DNA of 43,356 nt from an uncultured Oscillospiraceae bacterium (GTDB lineage Bacteria > Bacillota > Clostridia > Oscillospirales > Oscillospiraceae). The notes beneath the pieces were generated by a model, which worked only from the letters and a program-made list of their open reading frames with translations, searched no databases and was not told the origin of the DNA. Where the stretch lies: the NCBI GenBank assembly GCA_964409665.1, contig CAYPEE010000001.1, positions 16,844 through 60,199 of the forward strand, written 5' to 3'. A program made the translations under genes and the position numbers. This document shows, in pieces, positions 1-10,196 of this stretch (its first letter is position 1; each line of letters begins with the position of its first letter).

Positions 1-54
1 GGGGCTCCTGCGTGGGCGCCTCGGTGGGGGGCTCCTGCGTGGGCGCCTCGGTGG
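1..54 (-). repeat. 27-bp tandem repeat x2 encoding Pro/Thr-rich linker (PTEAPTQEP) in the kinase C-terminus
   Basis: ggggctcctgcgtgggcgcctcggtgg at 1-27 and 28-54. Confidence 0.8.
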
Positions 55-1888
55 GGGGCGCGGTGGGCGGCAGCGTGGGCGTGGGCGGCGGCGTCGGCGT
101 GGGGGTGGGCTCCTGGGTGGGCTCAGGCCCGGTGGACACCCACAGTTCAATGGTCGTGCCCTTTTCCACCTGGGAAGTGCTGGGGTAATTCTGCCAGAAG
201 ACGACTCCGGCGGGGCGCTCGTTGCTGGGGTACTCCTTGACCAGGGCCTTCAGGCCCATCTCCTCGATTTGCCGCCTGGCCTCGGTGATACTGACCCCCA
301 CCCAGTTGATCACGGTCACCGGCTCGGATTTGGGCCCCTGGCTGACCACGATGGTGACGGTCTGGCCCTCCTCCAGCACGGTGCCCTCCTCCGGATCGGT
401 GGAGATCACATAGTCCTGGGTAATCCTGTCGGAATAGTCGTGCCTGATCACCACGACCATGCCCATCTCTCGGAGCGTCTGCTCCGCGCTGCGGTACTCC
501 TGGTTGATCAGATAGGGCATATTGAGTTCGTCCCTGCCGCTGCTGACGTTGACCCGGATGATGCGGTTGTCCTCCAGGACCTCCTCTCCGGCCTCGGGGG
601 ACTGGTTGCAGATCTGCCCCTCCTCGTAGTCGGCGCTGTAAGTCTCGCTGCCCACTTCCAGGGTAAAGCCGTCCAGCAGGTCGGGATCGTCCTCCAGTTC
701 CTCCAGGGTCTTACCCAGCAGGTCGGGCACCTGGTACTTCTCCGGTTCACCGGGGTGGAGCAGCGGGCTGATGATCACGTTCCACACGAACAGGCCCATG
801 CCCACGATGAAGATGAGGACCGCGACCACCGCGAGGGCGGGGGCGATGGAGGCGATCCGGCTGCCTCGTCCGCTGTCCTCCTCCTCGTAGTCCTCCTGCT
901 CCGGCTCGGCCCGGCGGCCCTGACGCCGGCTGTCCAGGGCGGGATCCGGTTCCTGCCCCCGGCGGGCGGCGCGGCCCGCCGGCTCCGCGGTCGGCGCCAT
1001 GACCACCGTGGGCTCGTCCAGCACGTCCTCACGGGTCGGGGGGATCACCGCCATGGCGGGATTCTTGCGAAACTCCTTCAGGTCCTCCAGCATGGCCTCG
1101 GCGGAGGGATAGCGCTGGTTCAGATCGGGGGCCATGGCCTTCAGGGTGATAGCCTCCAGGGCCGGCGGGATGTCCGGGTTGAGATCCCTGGGCGGAATGG
1201 GAATGGAACTGATGTGCTGAATGGCCACGTTGACCGGATTGTCCCCCTCATAGGGAAGCCGGCCGGTGAGCATCTCATAGAGGACCACGCCGGCGGAGTA
1301 GATGTCGGTGCGGCAGTCCACATGGCTGCCCTTGGCCTGCTCCGGGGAGATATAGTGGACCGAGCCGATGGCCTCGGCGGTCATGGTGTGCTGGGCGGCG
1401 CTGGCGATGCGGGCGATGCCGAAATCGGTGACCTTCACGCTGCCGTCCCGCAGGATCAGCACGTTCTGGGGCTTGATGTCCCGGTGGATGATGCCCCGGC
1501 TGTGGGCGTGATCCAGAGCCCGCAGGATCTGGGTGATGAAGTGGATAGCCTCCCGCCAGTTCAGCGGGGTCCCCCGCTTGCGCAAATACTGCTTGAGGGT
1601 CATGCCGTCGATCAGTTCCATGACGATGTAGTCCAGCCCGTCGGAGCGGCTCACGTCATACACGGAGACGATATTGGAGTGGGACAGCATGGCAACGGCC
1701 TGGGACTCATCGTGGAACCGGCGGCGGATGTCGGCGTCGCTGGCCAGTTCCGGCTTTAAGATCTTCACCGCCACCAGCCGGTTCAGCCGGTGATCCCTGG
1801 CCTTGTAGACCACGGCCATGCCTCCGTTTCCGATGCGCTCCAATATCTCATAGCGGTTGTCGAGCATTTTACCTATGTATTGATCCAT
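1..1888 (-). CDS. prkC: PASTA-domain Ser/Thr protein kinase (PrkC/PknB/Stk1), 3' end runs off the window
   Basis: Manual minus-strand translation from ATG 1888 (RBS GAGGAGG): MDQYIGKMLDNRYEILERIGNGGMAVVYKA...HRDIKPQN...DFGIAR...GSVHYISPEQA, then a TM segment and PASTA-like repeats. Adjacent to the PP2C phosphatase. Absent from the ORF track because there is no stop in the window. Confidence 0.93.
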   Translation of the reverse strand, partial: MDQYIGKMLDNRYEILERIGNGGMAVVYKARDHRLNRLVAVKILKPELASDADIRRRFHDESQAVAMLSHSNIVSVYDVSRSDGLDYIVMELIDGMTLKQYLRKRGTPLNWREAIHFITQILRALDHAHSRGIIHRDIKPQNVLILRDGSVKVTDFGIARIASAAQHTMTAEAIGSVHYISPEQAKGSHVDCRTDIYSAGVVLYEMLTGRLPYEGDNPVNVAIQHISSIPIPPRDLNPDIPPALEAITLKAMAPDLNQRYPSAEAMLEDLKEFRKNPAMAVIPPTREDVLDEPTVVMAPTAEPAGRAARRGQEPDPALDSRRQGRRAEPEQEDYEEEDSGRGSRIASIAPALAVVAVLIFIVGMGLFVWNVIISPLLHPGEPEKYQVPDLLGKTLEELEDDPDLLDGFTLEVGSETYSADYEEGQICNQSPEAGEEVLEDNRIIRVNVSSGRDELNMPYLINQEYRSAEQTLREMGMVVVIRHDYSDRITQDYVISTDPEEGTVLEEGQTVTIVVSQGPKSEPVTVINWVGVSITEARRQIEEMGLKALVKEYPSNERPAGVVFWQNYPSTSQVEKGTTIELWVSTGPEPTQEPTPTPTPPPTPTLPPTAPPTEAPTQEPPTEAPTQEP

Positions 1889-1905
1889 AGTGTAAATCCT
1901 CCTCG

Positions 1906-2643
1906 TCAAATCTCAGCCAGGACCACGGTCACGTTGTCCGGCGCGCCGCGCTCCAGCGTGGTATTCAGCAGAGCGCGGGCGTACCGCTCCGGGTCGGCCT
2001 CCGCGGCGGAACGCCCGGCCAGTTCGGCGTCGTTCAGCACGTTGGTGAGCCCGTCTGAGCAGAGCAGCAGCCGGTCGCCGGGCCGGGTGCCCAGGCTCGT
2101 CAGGTCGCAGTCCACCTCACTGTCCACTCCCACGGCCCGGGTGATCATGTTCCGCTTGGGGTGGCGCCGGGCCTCCTCCGGGGTGATCTCCCCCCGGTCC
2201 ACCAGCATCTGCACATAGGAGTGGTCGGTGGTCAGCTGCCTGGCGGCGCCGTCCCGGAGGAGGTAGCAGCGGCTGTCTCCCACGTTGGCGATGTAGGCCT
2301 CGCCGGGCAGGACCAGGGCGCCCACCAGGGTGGTGCCCATGCCCTGACAGGCCAAATTTTGCTGCGCCATGCCGTACACCCGCCGGTTGGCGGCGGCGGC
2401 GGCCTGGAGCAGGATCTGTTCCCGGCCCGGCCGCTCACGGGGTATGCCGCCGCCGCAGATCTCCTCCACGGCCGCGGAAAACGCCTCTACCGCCACGGCG
2501 CTGGCGACGCTGCCGCTCCGGGCGCCGCCCATGCCGTCGCACACCACCAGAACCGCCGTGTCGTCCGTCAGCTGGCGAAAGGCGTAGCTGTCCTGGTTGT
2601 CCCGGCGGACACGGCCCACATCGGTCATACCGTACAGATTCAT
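1906..2643 (-). CDS. stp: Stp1/PrpC PP2C-family Ser/Thr phosphatase
   Basis: TDVGRVRRDNQD, VCDGMGG, GMGTT, NVGDSR, LLCSDGL, DNVT motifs; upstream of kinase. Confidence 0.93.
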   Translation of the reverse strand: MNLYGMTDVGRVRRDNQDSYAFRQLTDDTAVLVVCDGMGGARSGSVASAVAVEAFSAAVEEICGGGIPRERPGREQILLQAAAAANRRVYGMAQQNLACQGMGTTLVGALVLPGEAYIANVGDSRCYLLRDGAARQLTTDHSYVQMLVDRGEITPEEARRHPKRNMITRAVGVDSEVDCDLTSLGTRPGDRLLLCSDGLTNVLNDAELAGRSAAEADPERYARALLNTTLERGAPDNVTVVLAEI

Positions 2644-2648
2644 ACCAA

Positions 2649-3683
2649 TTACCTCCCTGCCGCGATCTGCCGCCGCCGAAGCTGGCCGCAGGACGCGTCG
2701 ATATCGCCGCCCAGTTTCCGGCGCACTGTGACGGTGACGCCGTGGCTCTCCAGCCGCCTCTGAAACTCCCTCACCCGCCGGCTGGGCTTCAGCGGGGACT
2801 CGTCGATGTCGTTCAGCGGGATCAGATTCACATGGGCCGGCTGCCCCTTCAGCAGAGCGGCCAGCCGGTCCGCCTGCCCGTCGCTGTCGTTGACGCCGTC
2901 GATCACGGCGTACTCATAGGAGACGCGCCGCCCCGTGGTCCTGAAGTACCGGCGGCAGGTCTCCATCAGCGCCTCCACCCCCACGGAGCGGTTCACCGGC
3001 ATCAGCCGGGAGCGGGTCTCGTCGTCGGGGGCGTGGAGGGATACGCTGAGCGTTAATTGTAACCCAAGAGAGGCCAGTTTGTCAATTCTCCTGATGAGCC
3101 CGCAGGTGGACAGGGAGATGTGCCGCATCCCGATGTTCAGCCCGTCGGGGCGGTTGACCAGCGCAAGGAACCGCAGTACGTTGTCAAAGTTGTCCAGCGG
3201 CTCGCCGATGCCCATCATCACGACGTTGGACACCTTTTCCCCGCTGTCCTTCCGGGCGAAAATGACCTGGTCCAAAATCTCCCCGGCGGTCAGATCCCGC
3301 GCCTTGCCCCCCAGGGTGGATGCGCAGAACACACAGCCCATATCGCACCCCGCCTGACAGGATACGCACACAGTATTGCCATGATGATAGCGCATCAAAA
3401 CCGTCTCCACGCAGTTGCCGTCCCACAGCCGCCAGAGATATTTGACAGTCCCGTCGATCCCGGACACCTGTTTTCGCACAATCTGCGGAGCGGACAGGCG
3501 GCACTCCCCCGCCAGTTTCTCCCGCAGGTCCCTGGGCAGGTCGGTCATCTCGTCAAAGGACTCCGCTCCCTCATTCAGCCAGCGGAACACCTGCCGCGCC
3601 CGGAAGGCGGGCTGGCCCAGCCCCCTGAAAAATGCGGCCAGTTCCTCCGGCGTCATGGATTTCAGATCGATCAAAGGGTTCAC
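2649..3683 (-). CDS. rlmN: 23S rRNA (adenine-2503-C2) methyltransferase RlmN
   Basis: Radical-SAM CxxxCxxC (CDMGCVFC), MGIGEPL, DIDASCGQL. Confidence 0.95.
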   Translation of the reverse strand: MNPLIDLKSMTPEELAAFFRGLGQPAFRARQVFRWLNEGAESFDEMTDLPRDLREKLAGECRLSAPQIVRKQVSGIDGTVKYLWRLWDGNCVETVLMRYHHGNTVCVSCQAGCDMGCVFCASTLGGKARDLTAGEILDQVIFARKDSGEKVSNVVMMGIGEPLDNFDNVLRFLALVNRPDGLNIGMRHISLSTCGLIRRIDKLASLGLQLTLSVSLHAPDDETRSRLMPVNRSVGVEALMETCRRYFRTTGRRVSYEYAVIDGVNDSDGQADRLAALLKGQPAHVNLIPLNDIDESPLKPSRRVREFQRRLESHGVTVTVRRKLGGDIDASCGQLRRRQIAAGR

Positions 3684-5017
3684 CCTCTCTTTCGCAGCCT
3701 GGCCGCGAAGAAACCGTCGGTGTGGTGGATGTGGGGCCAGAAGGTCATCTTTCCGGGCTGCTCCCCAAAGCGGGGCAGCGAAAAGGGCTCCAACGCGAAC
3801 CGGGGCTCCTCCGCCAGAAAGCCGTCCACCACGTCCTCGTTCTCCCGCTCCAGAAGCGTACAGGTGGAGTAGAGCAGGACCCCGCCGGGTCTGACATATC
3901 TCGCGCAGTTGTCGAGGATGGCCCGCTGGACCGCCGGAAGGCCCTCCATGGAACCGGGGTCCTTATAGCGGATATCCGGTTTCTTCCGGATGACCCCCAG
4001 GCCGGAGCAGGGCACGTCGGTGATGACGGCGTCAAAGCCGCCCTCCCACTCCGGGCGAAATTCCAAACCACTCTGGAGGACCGGAACGATCGCGGACAGG
4101 CCCAGCCGGTCACGGCCGGCGGTCAGCAGGCGGATCTTGTGGGGATGGATGTCGCAGGAGACGACCTCTCCCCGATTCCCCATCGCAATGGCGGCGGCGA
4201 AGGACTTGCCTCCGGGGGCGGCGCAGGCGTCCAGCACCCGCATCCCCGGCGCAAGGCCGGCGGCGGACACCGCCAGGCGGGCCGCCGGGTCCTGGATATA
4301 GAACAGCCCCTTTTGAAAGGCGGACAGCCGCTCCAGATCGCCGGGGTTCTTCAGGATCAGGCAGTCGGTCAGCCAAGGATGGGGCTCCGCCTCCGCCCCC
4401 TCCGCACGCAGGGCGGAGATGACCTCCTCCGCCGGGGCCCGCGTGGTGTTCACCTGGGCGGCGGCGGGGGGCTGTTCGTTGTCGGCGGCCAGCAGACGGG
4501 CGGCGTCCTCCTCCCCCAGGCGGGCGACGAATGCCTCCGTCAGCCACCGGGGATGGCTGAATTTCACTGACAGGGTTTCAACCTTGTCAGTTCCTGAAAA
4601 TTGCGGCAATTCCCCCGCTCGAAGCATGGCCCGGAGCACCGCGTTGACCATACCCGCTGCCCGGGGGTTTTTACAGTGCCGGCGAGTCAGTTCCACCGCC
4701 TCGTTGACGGCGGCGCTGGCGGGGATCCTGTCCAGAAACAGGAACTGATAGGCGGCGATGCGCAGATTGCACAGCGCATTGAGTTCCAGCCGGTCCAGTT
4801 TCATCCTGCAGAACCGGGCCAGATGCCAGTCCAGCAGCATCCGGTTCTGGAGGACGCCGAAACACAGGCGGGTGGCCAGCGCCGCCTCCCGGCGGTCCAG
4901 CCCGCCCTCCCGGAGGGTCCTTTTGAGAAAGCCGTCCGACCAGGCGCCCTGCCGCTCGCAGGCGGCCAGGGTGAGCATCGCCGCCTCCCGGGCGGACATG
5001 GGACGCCCTTCGCTCAT
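3680..5017 (-). CDS. rsmB: 16S rRNA m5C967 methyltransferase RsmB (Sun)
   Basis: NusB-like N-terminus, DACAAPGGKS, DVPCSGLG, YSTCT, TDGFF. Confidence 0.93.
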   Translation of the reverse strand: MSEGRPMSAREAAMLTLAACERQGAWSDGFLKRTLREGGLDRREAALATRLCFGVLQNRMLLDWHLARFCRMKLDRLELNALCNLRIAAYQFLFLDRIPASAAVNEAVELTRRHCKNPRAAGMVNAVLRAMLRAGELPQFSGTDKVETLSVKFSHPRWLTEAFVARLGEEDAARLLAADNEQPPAAAQVNTTRAPAEEVISALRAEGAEAEPHPWLTDCLILKNPGDLERLSAFQKGLFYIQDPAARLAVSAAGLAPGMRVLDACAAPGGKSFAAAIAMGNRGEVVSCDIHPHKIRLLTAGRDRLGLSAIVPVLQSGLEFRPEWEGGFDAVITDVPCSGLGVIRKKPDIRYKDPGSMEGLPAVQRAILDNCARYVRPGGVLLYSTCTLLERENEDVVDGFLAEEPRFALEPFSLPRFGEQPGKMTFWPHIHHTDGFFAARLRKRG

Positions 5018-5940
5018 AGCGGGCCCCCGACCGGGTGCCCCATGAGGAAAGCGGCGGCGGGCATGGGCCTTTTGCCGTCTGGCTGTAAGTCCAGAATTTC
5101 AAGGATCTCCCCGTCTCCGCAGGCGATCTTCAACCCCTTTTTATCGGCCTGGACCACAGACCCGGCGGGCCTGTCAAAGCGCTCCCCTGTCAGGCCGGTA
5201 CGCAGGATCTTGCAGCGGATGCCGTCCAGCGCCGTCACCGCCGCCGGCCAGGGGTACAGTCCCCGTACCTGATCGTGGATGCGCCGGGCGGTCCGGGTCC
5301 AGTCGATGGGGGAAAGTTCCCTGGAGAGCATGGGGGCATAGCAGGACTGTTCGCCGTCCTGGGGGACGGGTTTCGCCCTTCCGGCGGCGATGTCTTCCAC
5401 CGTCTTCTTCAACAGGACGGCTCCCAGCTCCGCCAGACGGGCGGTCAGTTCCTGAGCGTTCTCGACGATGCCGATGGGCGTTTCAGCCTGGGCCAGAATG
5501 TCTCCGGTGTCCAGGCCCTCGGCCATATACAGAGTGGTGACGCCGGTCCTGTCCTCTCCGTTCAGGATGGCCCAGTTGACGGGGGCGGCCCCCCGGTATT
5601 TCGGCAGCAGGGACGAGTGGACGTTGACGCAGCCGTACCGGGGCAGCGACAGAATGTCCGGCGGCAGGATCCTGCCGTAGGCCGCCACCGCGATCAGTTC
5701 CGGGGACAGATCGTTCAGGATAGCCAGCGCCTCCCCGTCCCGCATTTTCGCGGGCTGGAAAACAGGGATCCCTTCTGACAAGGCATATTCCTTCACAGGG
5801 CTTGGCTGAAAGCGGTTTTGATGCCGTCCTACCGGCTTATCCGGCTGGGTGAACACGCCGCGCACCTCGTGTCCCGCCTCCAACAGCGCTCTCAGGGAGG
5901 GCACCGCGAACTCCGGGGTGCCCATGAACACGATCCTCAT
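5014..5940 (-). CDS. fmt: Methionyl-tRNA formyltransferase
   Basis: MRIVFMGTPEFAV, NVHSSLLPKYRGAAP. Confidence 0.96.
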   Translation of the reverse strand: MRIVFMGTPEFAVPSLRALLEAGHEVRGVFTQPDKPVGRHQNRFQPSPVKEYALSEGIPVFQPAKMRDGEALAILNDLSPELIAVAAYGRILPPDILSLPRYGCVNVHSSLLPKYRGAAPVNWAILNGEDRTGVTTLYMAEGLDTGDILAQAETPIGIVENAQELTARLAELGAVLLKKTVEDIAAGRAKPVPQDGEQSCYAPMLSRELSPIDWTRTARRIHDQVRGLYPWPAAVTALDGIRCKILRTGLTGERFDRPAGSVVQADKKGLKIACGDGEILEILDLQPDGKRPMPAAAFLMGHPVGGPL

Positions 5941-6473
5941 GCTCCGCCCTCCGGCCCGTTCTTTTCCCCCTCCCCGGCGCGGGCGTTCCGGTACGCCTCC
6001 ATCTCCTCGGGGGTGTAGAGTTTATCCACATGCTCCACAAACAGATGCCCGTCCAAATGCTCCAGTTCATGGCAGAGGCACCGGGCCACGATCTCCTCGC
6101 CGGTGGCCTCAAACCAGTTGCCGTCCCGGTCCTGGGCCCGGACGGTGACCACATTGGGGCGGGTGACGAGACCATACTGGCCGGGAACGCTGAGGCAGCC
6201 CTCAAAGTCGGTCTGCTCCCCCTCCCGGGCGATGATCTCCGGATTGACCAGCTCCAGAATGTGCTCGCTGCCCTCGTCCATCACGTCCATGACCACCGCC
6301 ACCCGGCGGAGGATGCCCACCTGGGGGGCGGCAAGGCCCACGCCGTTGGCGGTCAGCAGGGTCTCCCTCATGTCGTCGATGAGGGTGTGGAGCCGCCTGT
6401 CGAACTTCACCACCGGACGGCACTTCTTTTCCAGGGCGGGGTCCCCCCGCGTCAAAATGATCCTCTCCGCCAT
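5937..6473 (-). CDS. def: Peptide deformylase
   Basis: GVGLAAPQVG, EGCLSVP, HELEHLDG. Confidence 0.96.
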   Translation of the reverse strand: MAERIILTRGDPALEKKCRPVVKFDRRLHTLIDDMRETLLTANGVGLAAPQVGILRRVAVVMDVMDEGSEHILELVNPEIIAREGEQTDFEGCLSVPGQYGLVTRPNVVTVRAQDRDGNWFEATGEEIVARCLCHELEHLDGHLFVEHVDKLYTPEEMEAYRNARAGEGEKNGPEGGA

Positions 6474-6491
6474 ATCACAGGTCCCTCCTCG

Positions 6492-8960
6492 TCAATCCAG
6501 CGGATCCACGTCGGCAAAGACGGCCACTCCGCGGTTTGCCCTGTCCGTCTGAGCCTGCCGCAGCAGATGGGCTATCAGCAGGCGGATATCCTTCGTGTTT
6601 TTGGTATTTAAGATCAGCCGGTAGCGGTAGCGGTTGTTCACCTTGGCCACCGCCGCCGGAGCGGGTCCCAACAGCTGCCAGATCTGATCGGAATAGGGCG
6701 TTTGTCTCAGCGCCCCGCCGAGGGCGTCCCGGAGCCGGAGGCAGGTCCTCAGCACCGCCGTCTCCTCCAGCCCGGAGGCGGACAGCACAAACAGATCGCT
6801 GAACGGCGGGAAGTCCCGGGCCCTGCGGATCCTGATCTCCTGCTCATAGAAACTGTCGTAGTCCTGCCGGGCGGCGCAGCGGATCACCTCGTTGTCCGGG
6901 GTGTAGGTCTGAATGACCGCCTGGCCCTCTTTGCCGCCCCGGCCCGCCCTTCCGACCACCTGGGTGAGCAGGGAAAAGGTGCGCTCCCCCGCGTGAATGT
7001 CCCCGCTGTACAGGGACTGGTCGGCGGACACCGCCCCCACCAGGGTGACATTCTCGAAGTCCAGCCCCTTGGCCACCATCTGGGTGCCCAGCAGGATGGG
7101 GACTCTCCGCTTGCGGAATTCCTCTAAAATGGCCTCGTGGCTGTGGGTGACGGAGACCGAATCGGCGTCCATGCGGAGGCTCTCCGCGCCGGGAAACAGG
7201 TCCCGCAGCTCCTCCTGGAGTTTCTGGGTGCCGGTCCCCACAAAGTTCAGAATGCCGCCGCAGGAGGGACACGCCTCCGGCAGGGGTTCCGAGTGGCCGC
7301 AGTAGTGGCACATGAGCCTCCGGTTGGCGGAGTGATAGGTCAGACTCACCGAACACCGGGGACAGGCGGGGGTCTCGCCGCACTCGCCACAGGTCACCAT
7401 CCGGTGGGCCCCCCGGCGGTTGAGGAACAGGATGGCCTGCTCTCCCCGGTCGATGGTCTCCCCCAGCTTTTCCGCCAGAACGGAACTGACGCTGGTACCG
7501 TTGCCCCGCCGCAGTTCCTCCTTCATATCCACGATGGCCACCCGGGGCAGGGCCCTCTCATTGAACCGGTGATCCAGTTGGAACAGGCGGTAGTCCCCCT
7601 GCCTGGCGTGGTACATGGTCTCAACGGAAGGAGTGGCGGAACCCAGCACCAGCAGGGCGTTTTCCTTAAAACAGCGGTATTTCGCCACATCCCGGGCGTG
7701 ATAGCGCGGGCTCTGCTCCGACTTATAGGTGGGTTCCTGCTCCTCGTCGATCACGATGACGCCCAGGTCGGGCAAAGGCGCGAACACGGCGGACCGGGTG
7801 CCCACCACCACTTTGGCCTCCCCCCGCCTGGAGCGCTTCCACTCGTCGTACCGCTCCCCGGCGGAGAGCAGGCTGTGGAGAATGGCCACCTCCCGGCCGA
7901 AGTGGGAGGTGAAGATGCGCATGAGCTGGGGGGTCAGGGCGATCTCGGGCACCAGCACCAGAGCGGTCCTGCCCTGGTCCAGCAGGGCGTGGATCAGTTG
8001 GAGATACACCTGGGTCTTACCGCTGCCGGTGATGCCGTAGAGCAGCGCCGCGGCGGGCTTTCCGGCCTCCGCCAGCGCCAGCAGGCCCTGGTAGGCCGCG
8101 TTCTGCTGGCCGTTGAGCGCCACAGGGGCCGCCTGGGGCAGTTCGTGCAGTTCGGGCCGGCGGTAGACCTCCCGCCTGGAGAGAGTAAGGATCCCCCGCT
8201 TCTCCAGGGTGCGAAGGGTGGCCATGGAGGCCCCGGTGAAGTAGCACAGTTCCTTGGCGGACACGGTGCCGGTGGCGCACAGCGCCTCCGTGGCGGCGTA
8301 CTGGAGAGGCGCCCGGCTCCGCTTGGGGGCTACCAGCGCCATGGCGTCGGCCGGCGGCATGGCCAGTTCCGCCACCTGCTCCGACTTGTCCCCCACATTC
8401 CGGGCGGTCTGGGTCTCCTTGACGATGATCCCCCTGTCCGCCAGAGTCTTGATGGCCGTGCCGGGATCGGCGGTGCCGAACGCCATGCGGATCTTTTTCA
8501 CCTCCGCCGCCCCGCCGTTGGCATAGAGCAGTTCGATCAGCTTATTGGCGCTGGCGGAGCGGCCCGCCGCCTCATAGGCGGTCTCCCGGTCCACGCCGGG
8601 GGCGATCCTCCAGCAGTCCATGAGGGAGAACCACAGCCCCGCCGGCAGCATGACGCGCAGCGCGTCGTACACAGTGCAGAAATACCGCTCCCGCATCCAC
8701 AGGGCCAGTTGGAGGGACCGCTCGTCCAGCACCGGCTCCTCGTCCAACAGAGCCTGGATGGATTTCAGCTGCGCGCCGTCCTCCCGCTGGTCCAGGGACA
8801 GCACCACGCCGTCCGTCCCCCGGTTGCCGGACCCGAAGGACACCGCCACCCGCATCCCCGGGCGGACCAGTCCCTCCAGTTCCGGGGGGATCAGATAGTC
8901 ATAGGGCCGGTCGATGGCGTAGGGGGCCGCCGACACCACGATCTTCGCGATATTTGCCAT
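6492..8960 (-). CDS. priA: Primosomal protein N' (PriA helicase)
   Basis: GITGSGKT, DEEQE, SATPS, Cys-rich zinc region, GTQMVAKGLDF, QVVGRAGR. Start reassigned to ATG 8960 (MANIAK). Confidence 0.95.
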   Translation of the reverse strand: MANIAKIVVSAAPYAIDRPYDYLIPPELEGLVRPGMRVAVSFGSGNRGTDGVVLSLDQREDGAQLKSIQALLDEEPVLDERSLQLALWMRERYFCTVYDALRVMLPAGLWFSLMDCWRIAPGVDRETAYEAAGRSASANKLIELLYANGGAAEVKKIRMAFGTADPGTAIKTLADRGIIVKETQTARNVGDKSEQVAELAMPPADAMALVAPKRSRAPLQYAATEALCATGTVSAKELCYFTGASMATLRTLEKRGILTLSRREVYRRPELHELPQAAPVALNGQQNAAYQGLLALAEAGKPAAALLYGITGSGKTQVYLQLIHALLDQGRTALVLVPEIALTPQLMRIFTSHFGREVAILHSLLSAGERYDEWKRSRRGEAKVVVGTRSAVFAPLPDLGVIVIDEEQEPTYKSEQSPRYHARDVAKYRCFKENALLVLGSATPSVETMYHARQGDYRLFQLDHRFNERALPRVAIVDMKEELRRGNGTSVSSVLAEKLGETIDRGEQAILFLNRRGAHRMVTCGECGETPACPRCSVSLTYHSANRRLMCHYCGHSEPLPEACPSCGGILNFVGTGTQKLQEELRDLFPGAESLRMDADSVSVTHSHEAILEEFRKRRVPILLGTQMVAKGLDFENVTLVGAVSADQSLYSGDIHAGERTFSLLTQVVGRAGRGGKEGQAVIQTYTPDNEVIRCAARQDYDSFYEQEIRIRRARDFPPFSDLFVLSASGLEETAVLRTCLRLRDALGGALRQTPYSDQIWQLLGPAPAAVAKVNNRYRYRLILNTKNTKDIRLLIAHLLRQAQTDRANRGVAVFADVDPLD

Positions 8961-9030
8961 GCGCTCCACCCCCTGAACAAAAACGGCCAAAGGGCAAGCG
9001 GGTCGTCCCCGCTTGCCCCTCACGGATGAA

Positions 9031-9261
9031 TTACTGCTCGGTATCCTCGGACTGCTGCGCCTGGCGCTCGGCGGACTCGACGGTCAGCGCGCCGCTGGCC
9101 ACCTCGTCGATGGCCAGGGACACCGCCTTTTCCTGGAGGGGTTCCCCCTCCTTCTCCGCCTCGCTGGACAGTTGTCTGGCCCGGTTGGCGACTATATTCA
9201 CCAGCATATAGCGGCTGGGCACTTTGTCGAGCAGATCCCGAATGGCTGGATACAGTAACAT
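9031..9261 (-). CDS. rpoZ: RNA polymerase omega subunit
   Basis: MLLYPAIRDLLDKVPSRYMLVNIVANRARQL; RBS GGGAGG; gmk-rpoZ synteny. Confidence 0.9.
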   Translation of the reverse strand: MLLYPAIRDLLDKVPSRYMLVNIVANRARQLSSEAEKEGEPLQEKAVSLAIDEVASGALTVESAERQAQQSEDTEQ

Positions 9262-9274
9262 AATATTTTCCTCC

Positions 9275-9925
9275 CTATTGATGTGCTGGCCGTCCTCCAC
9301 CGCTTTGGAAATTGGCGATCCCCTCGGCCAGATAGAGCCGCTTGCGGGTCCGGCACCGCTCCGCCTCTAGGATCGACTGGATCTGGCGCGCGGCGGACAC
9401 CACCGTGTCATTCACCACCAGGTAGTCGTACCGTGGGCACTCCCGGCACTCCTCCCGGGCCTTCTCCAGCCGGAGGGCGATGGCCTCCTCCCCGTCGGTA
9501 TTGCGGCTTCGGAGCCGGCGGGAAAGTTCCTCGATGGAGGGCGGGATCAAAAAGATGAGGACCGCGTCGGGGCACTTCTCCTTCACATGGGTTGCCCCCT
9601 GGACCTCGATGTCCAGCAGCACGTCCGTCCCTCTGTCCAGCTGCTCCCGGATGACTTTCAGAGAGGTGCCGTAGCAATTGCCCACATACTCGGCGTACTC
9701 CAGCAGCTCGCCGTCCCGGATCATCCGCTGAAATTCCTCCCGGGAGACAAAGTTGTAATTGACGCCGTTCTGCTCCCCTACCCGCGGGGCCCGCGTGGTG
9801 AAGGACACCGAAAAGTGGATGTCCGGCCGGGCGCTCAGCAGTTCTGCGATCACCGTGCTCTTGCCCACCCCGGAGGGGCCGGACAGCACGATCAGTTCCC
9901 CCCGTCCGTTCTGACGTTCACTCAT
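9275..9925 (-). CDS. gmk: Guanylate kinase
   Basis: GPSGVGKS P-loop, TTRAPR, YGT, DIEVQGA. Confidence 0.95.
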   Translation of the reverse strand: MSERQNGRGELIVLSGPSGVGKSTVIAELLSARPDIHFSVSFTTRAPRVGEQNGVNYNFVSREEFQRMIRDGELLEYAEYVGNCYGTSLKVIREQLDRGTDVLLDIEVQGATHVKEKCPDAVLIFLIPPSIEELSRRLRSRNTDGEEAIALRLEKAREECRECPRYDYLVVNDTVVSAARQIQSILEAERCRTRKRLYLAEGIANFQSGGGRPAHQ

Positions 9926-10184
9926 TGGACTGTTCCTCCGTACCGTCGCCGCCGGCAAACCGGGCGGAAAGCTGTTCGCAGGTCAGGGATGACCAGATCA
10001 CATGGCCGCTGTCCGTCACGATCACGGCCCGGGTCTTGCGGCCGAAACTGGCGTCGATGAGGGCGCCCCGCTCCCTGGACTCCTGGCCCAGCCGTTTCAC
10101 CGGGGCGGAGTCCGGGCTGATGATGGCCACCACCCGCCGGGGGTTGACCAGGTTCCCGAACCCGATGTTTACCAGTTTCATCAA
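9918..10184 (-). CDS. remA: RemA/DUF370 family protein
   Basis: [11 protein letters not shown]...[10 protein letters not shown]...[15 protein letters not shown]; yicC-remA-gmk synteny. Confidence 0.88.
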   Translation of the reverse strand: MMKLVNIGFGNLVNPRRVVAIISPDSAPVKRLGQESRERGALIDASFGRKTRAVIVTDSGHVIWSSLTCEQLSARFAGGDGTEEQSNE

Positions 10185-10196
10185 AAGTCCCCCCGG

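Noticed and set aside
8992-9018. Hairpin gggcaagcggg-tcgtc-cccgcttgccc between rpoZ and priA
   Set aside because: Ordinary intergenic stem-loop, probably a weak terminator or stabiliser; nothing unusual.
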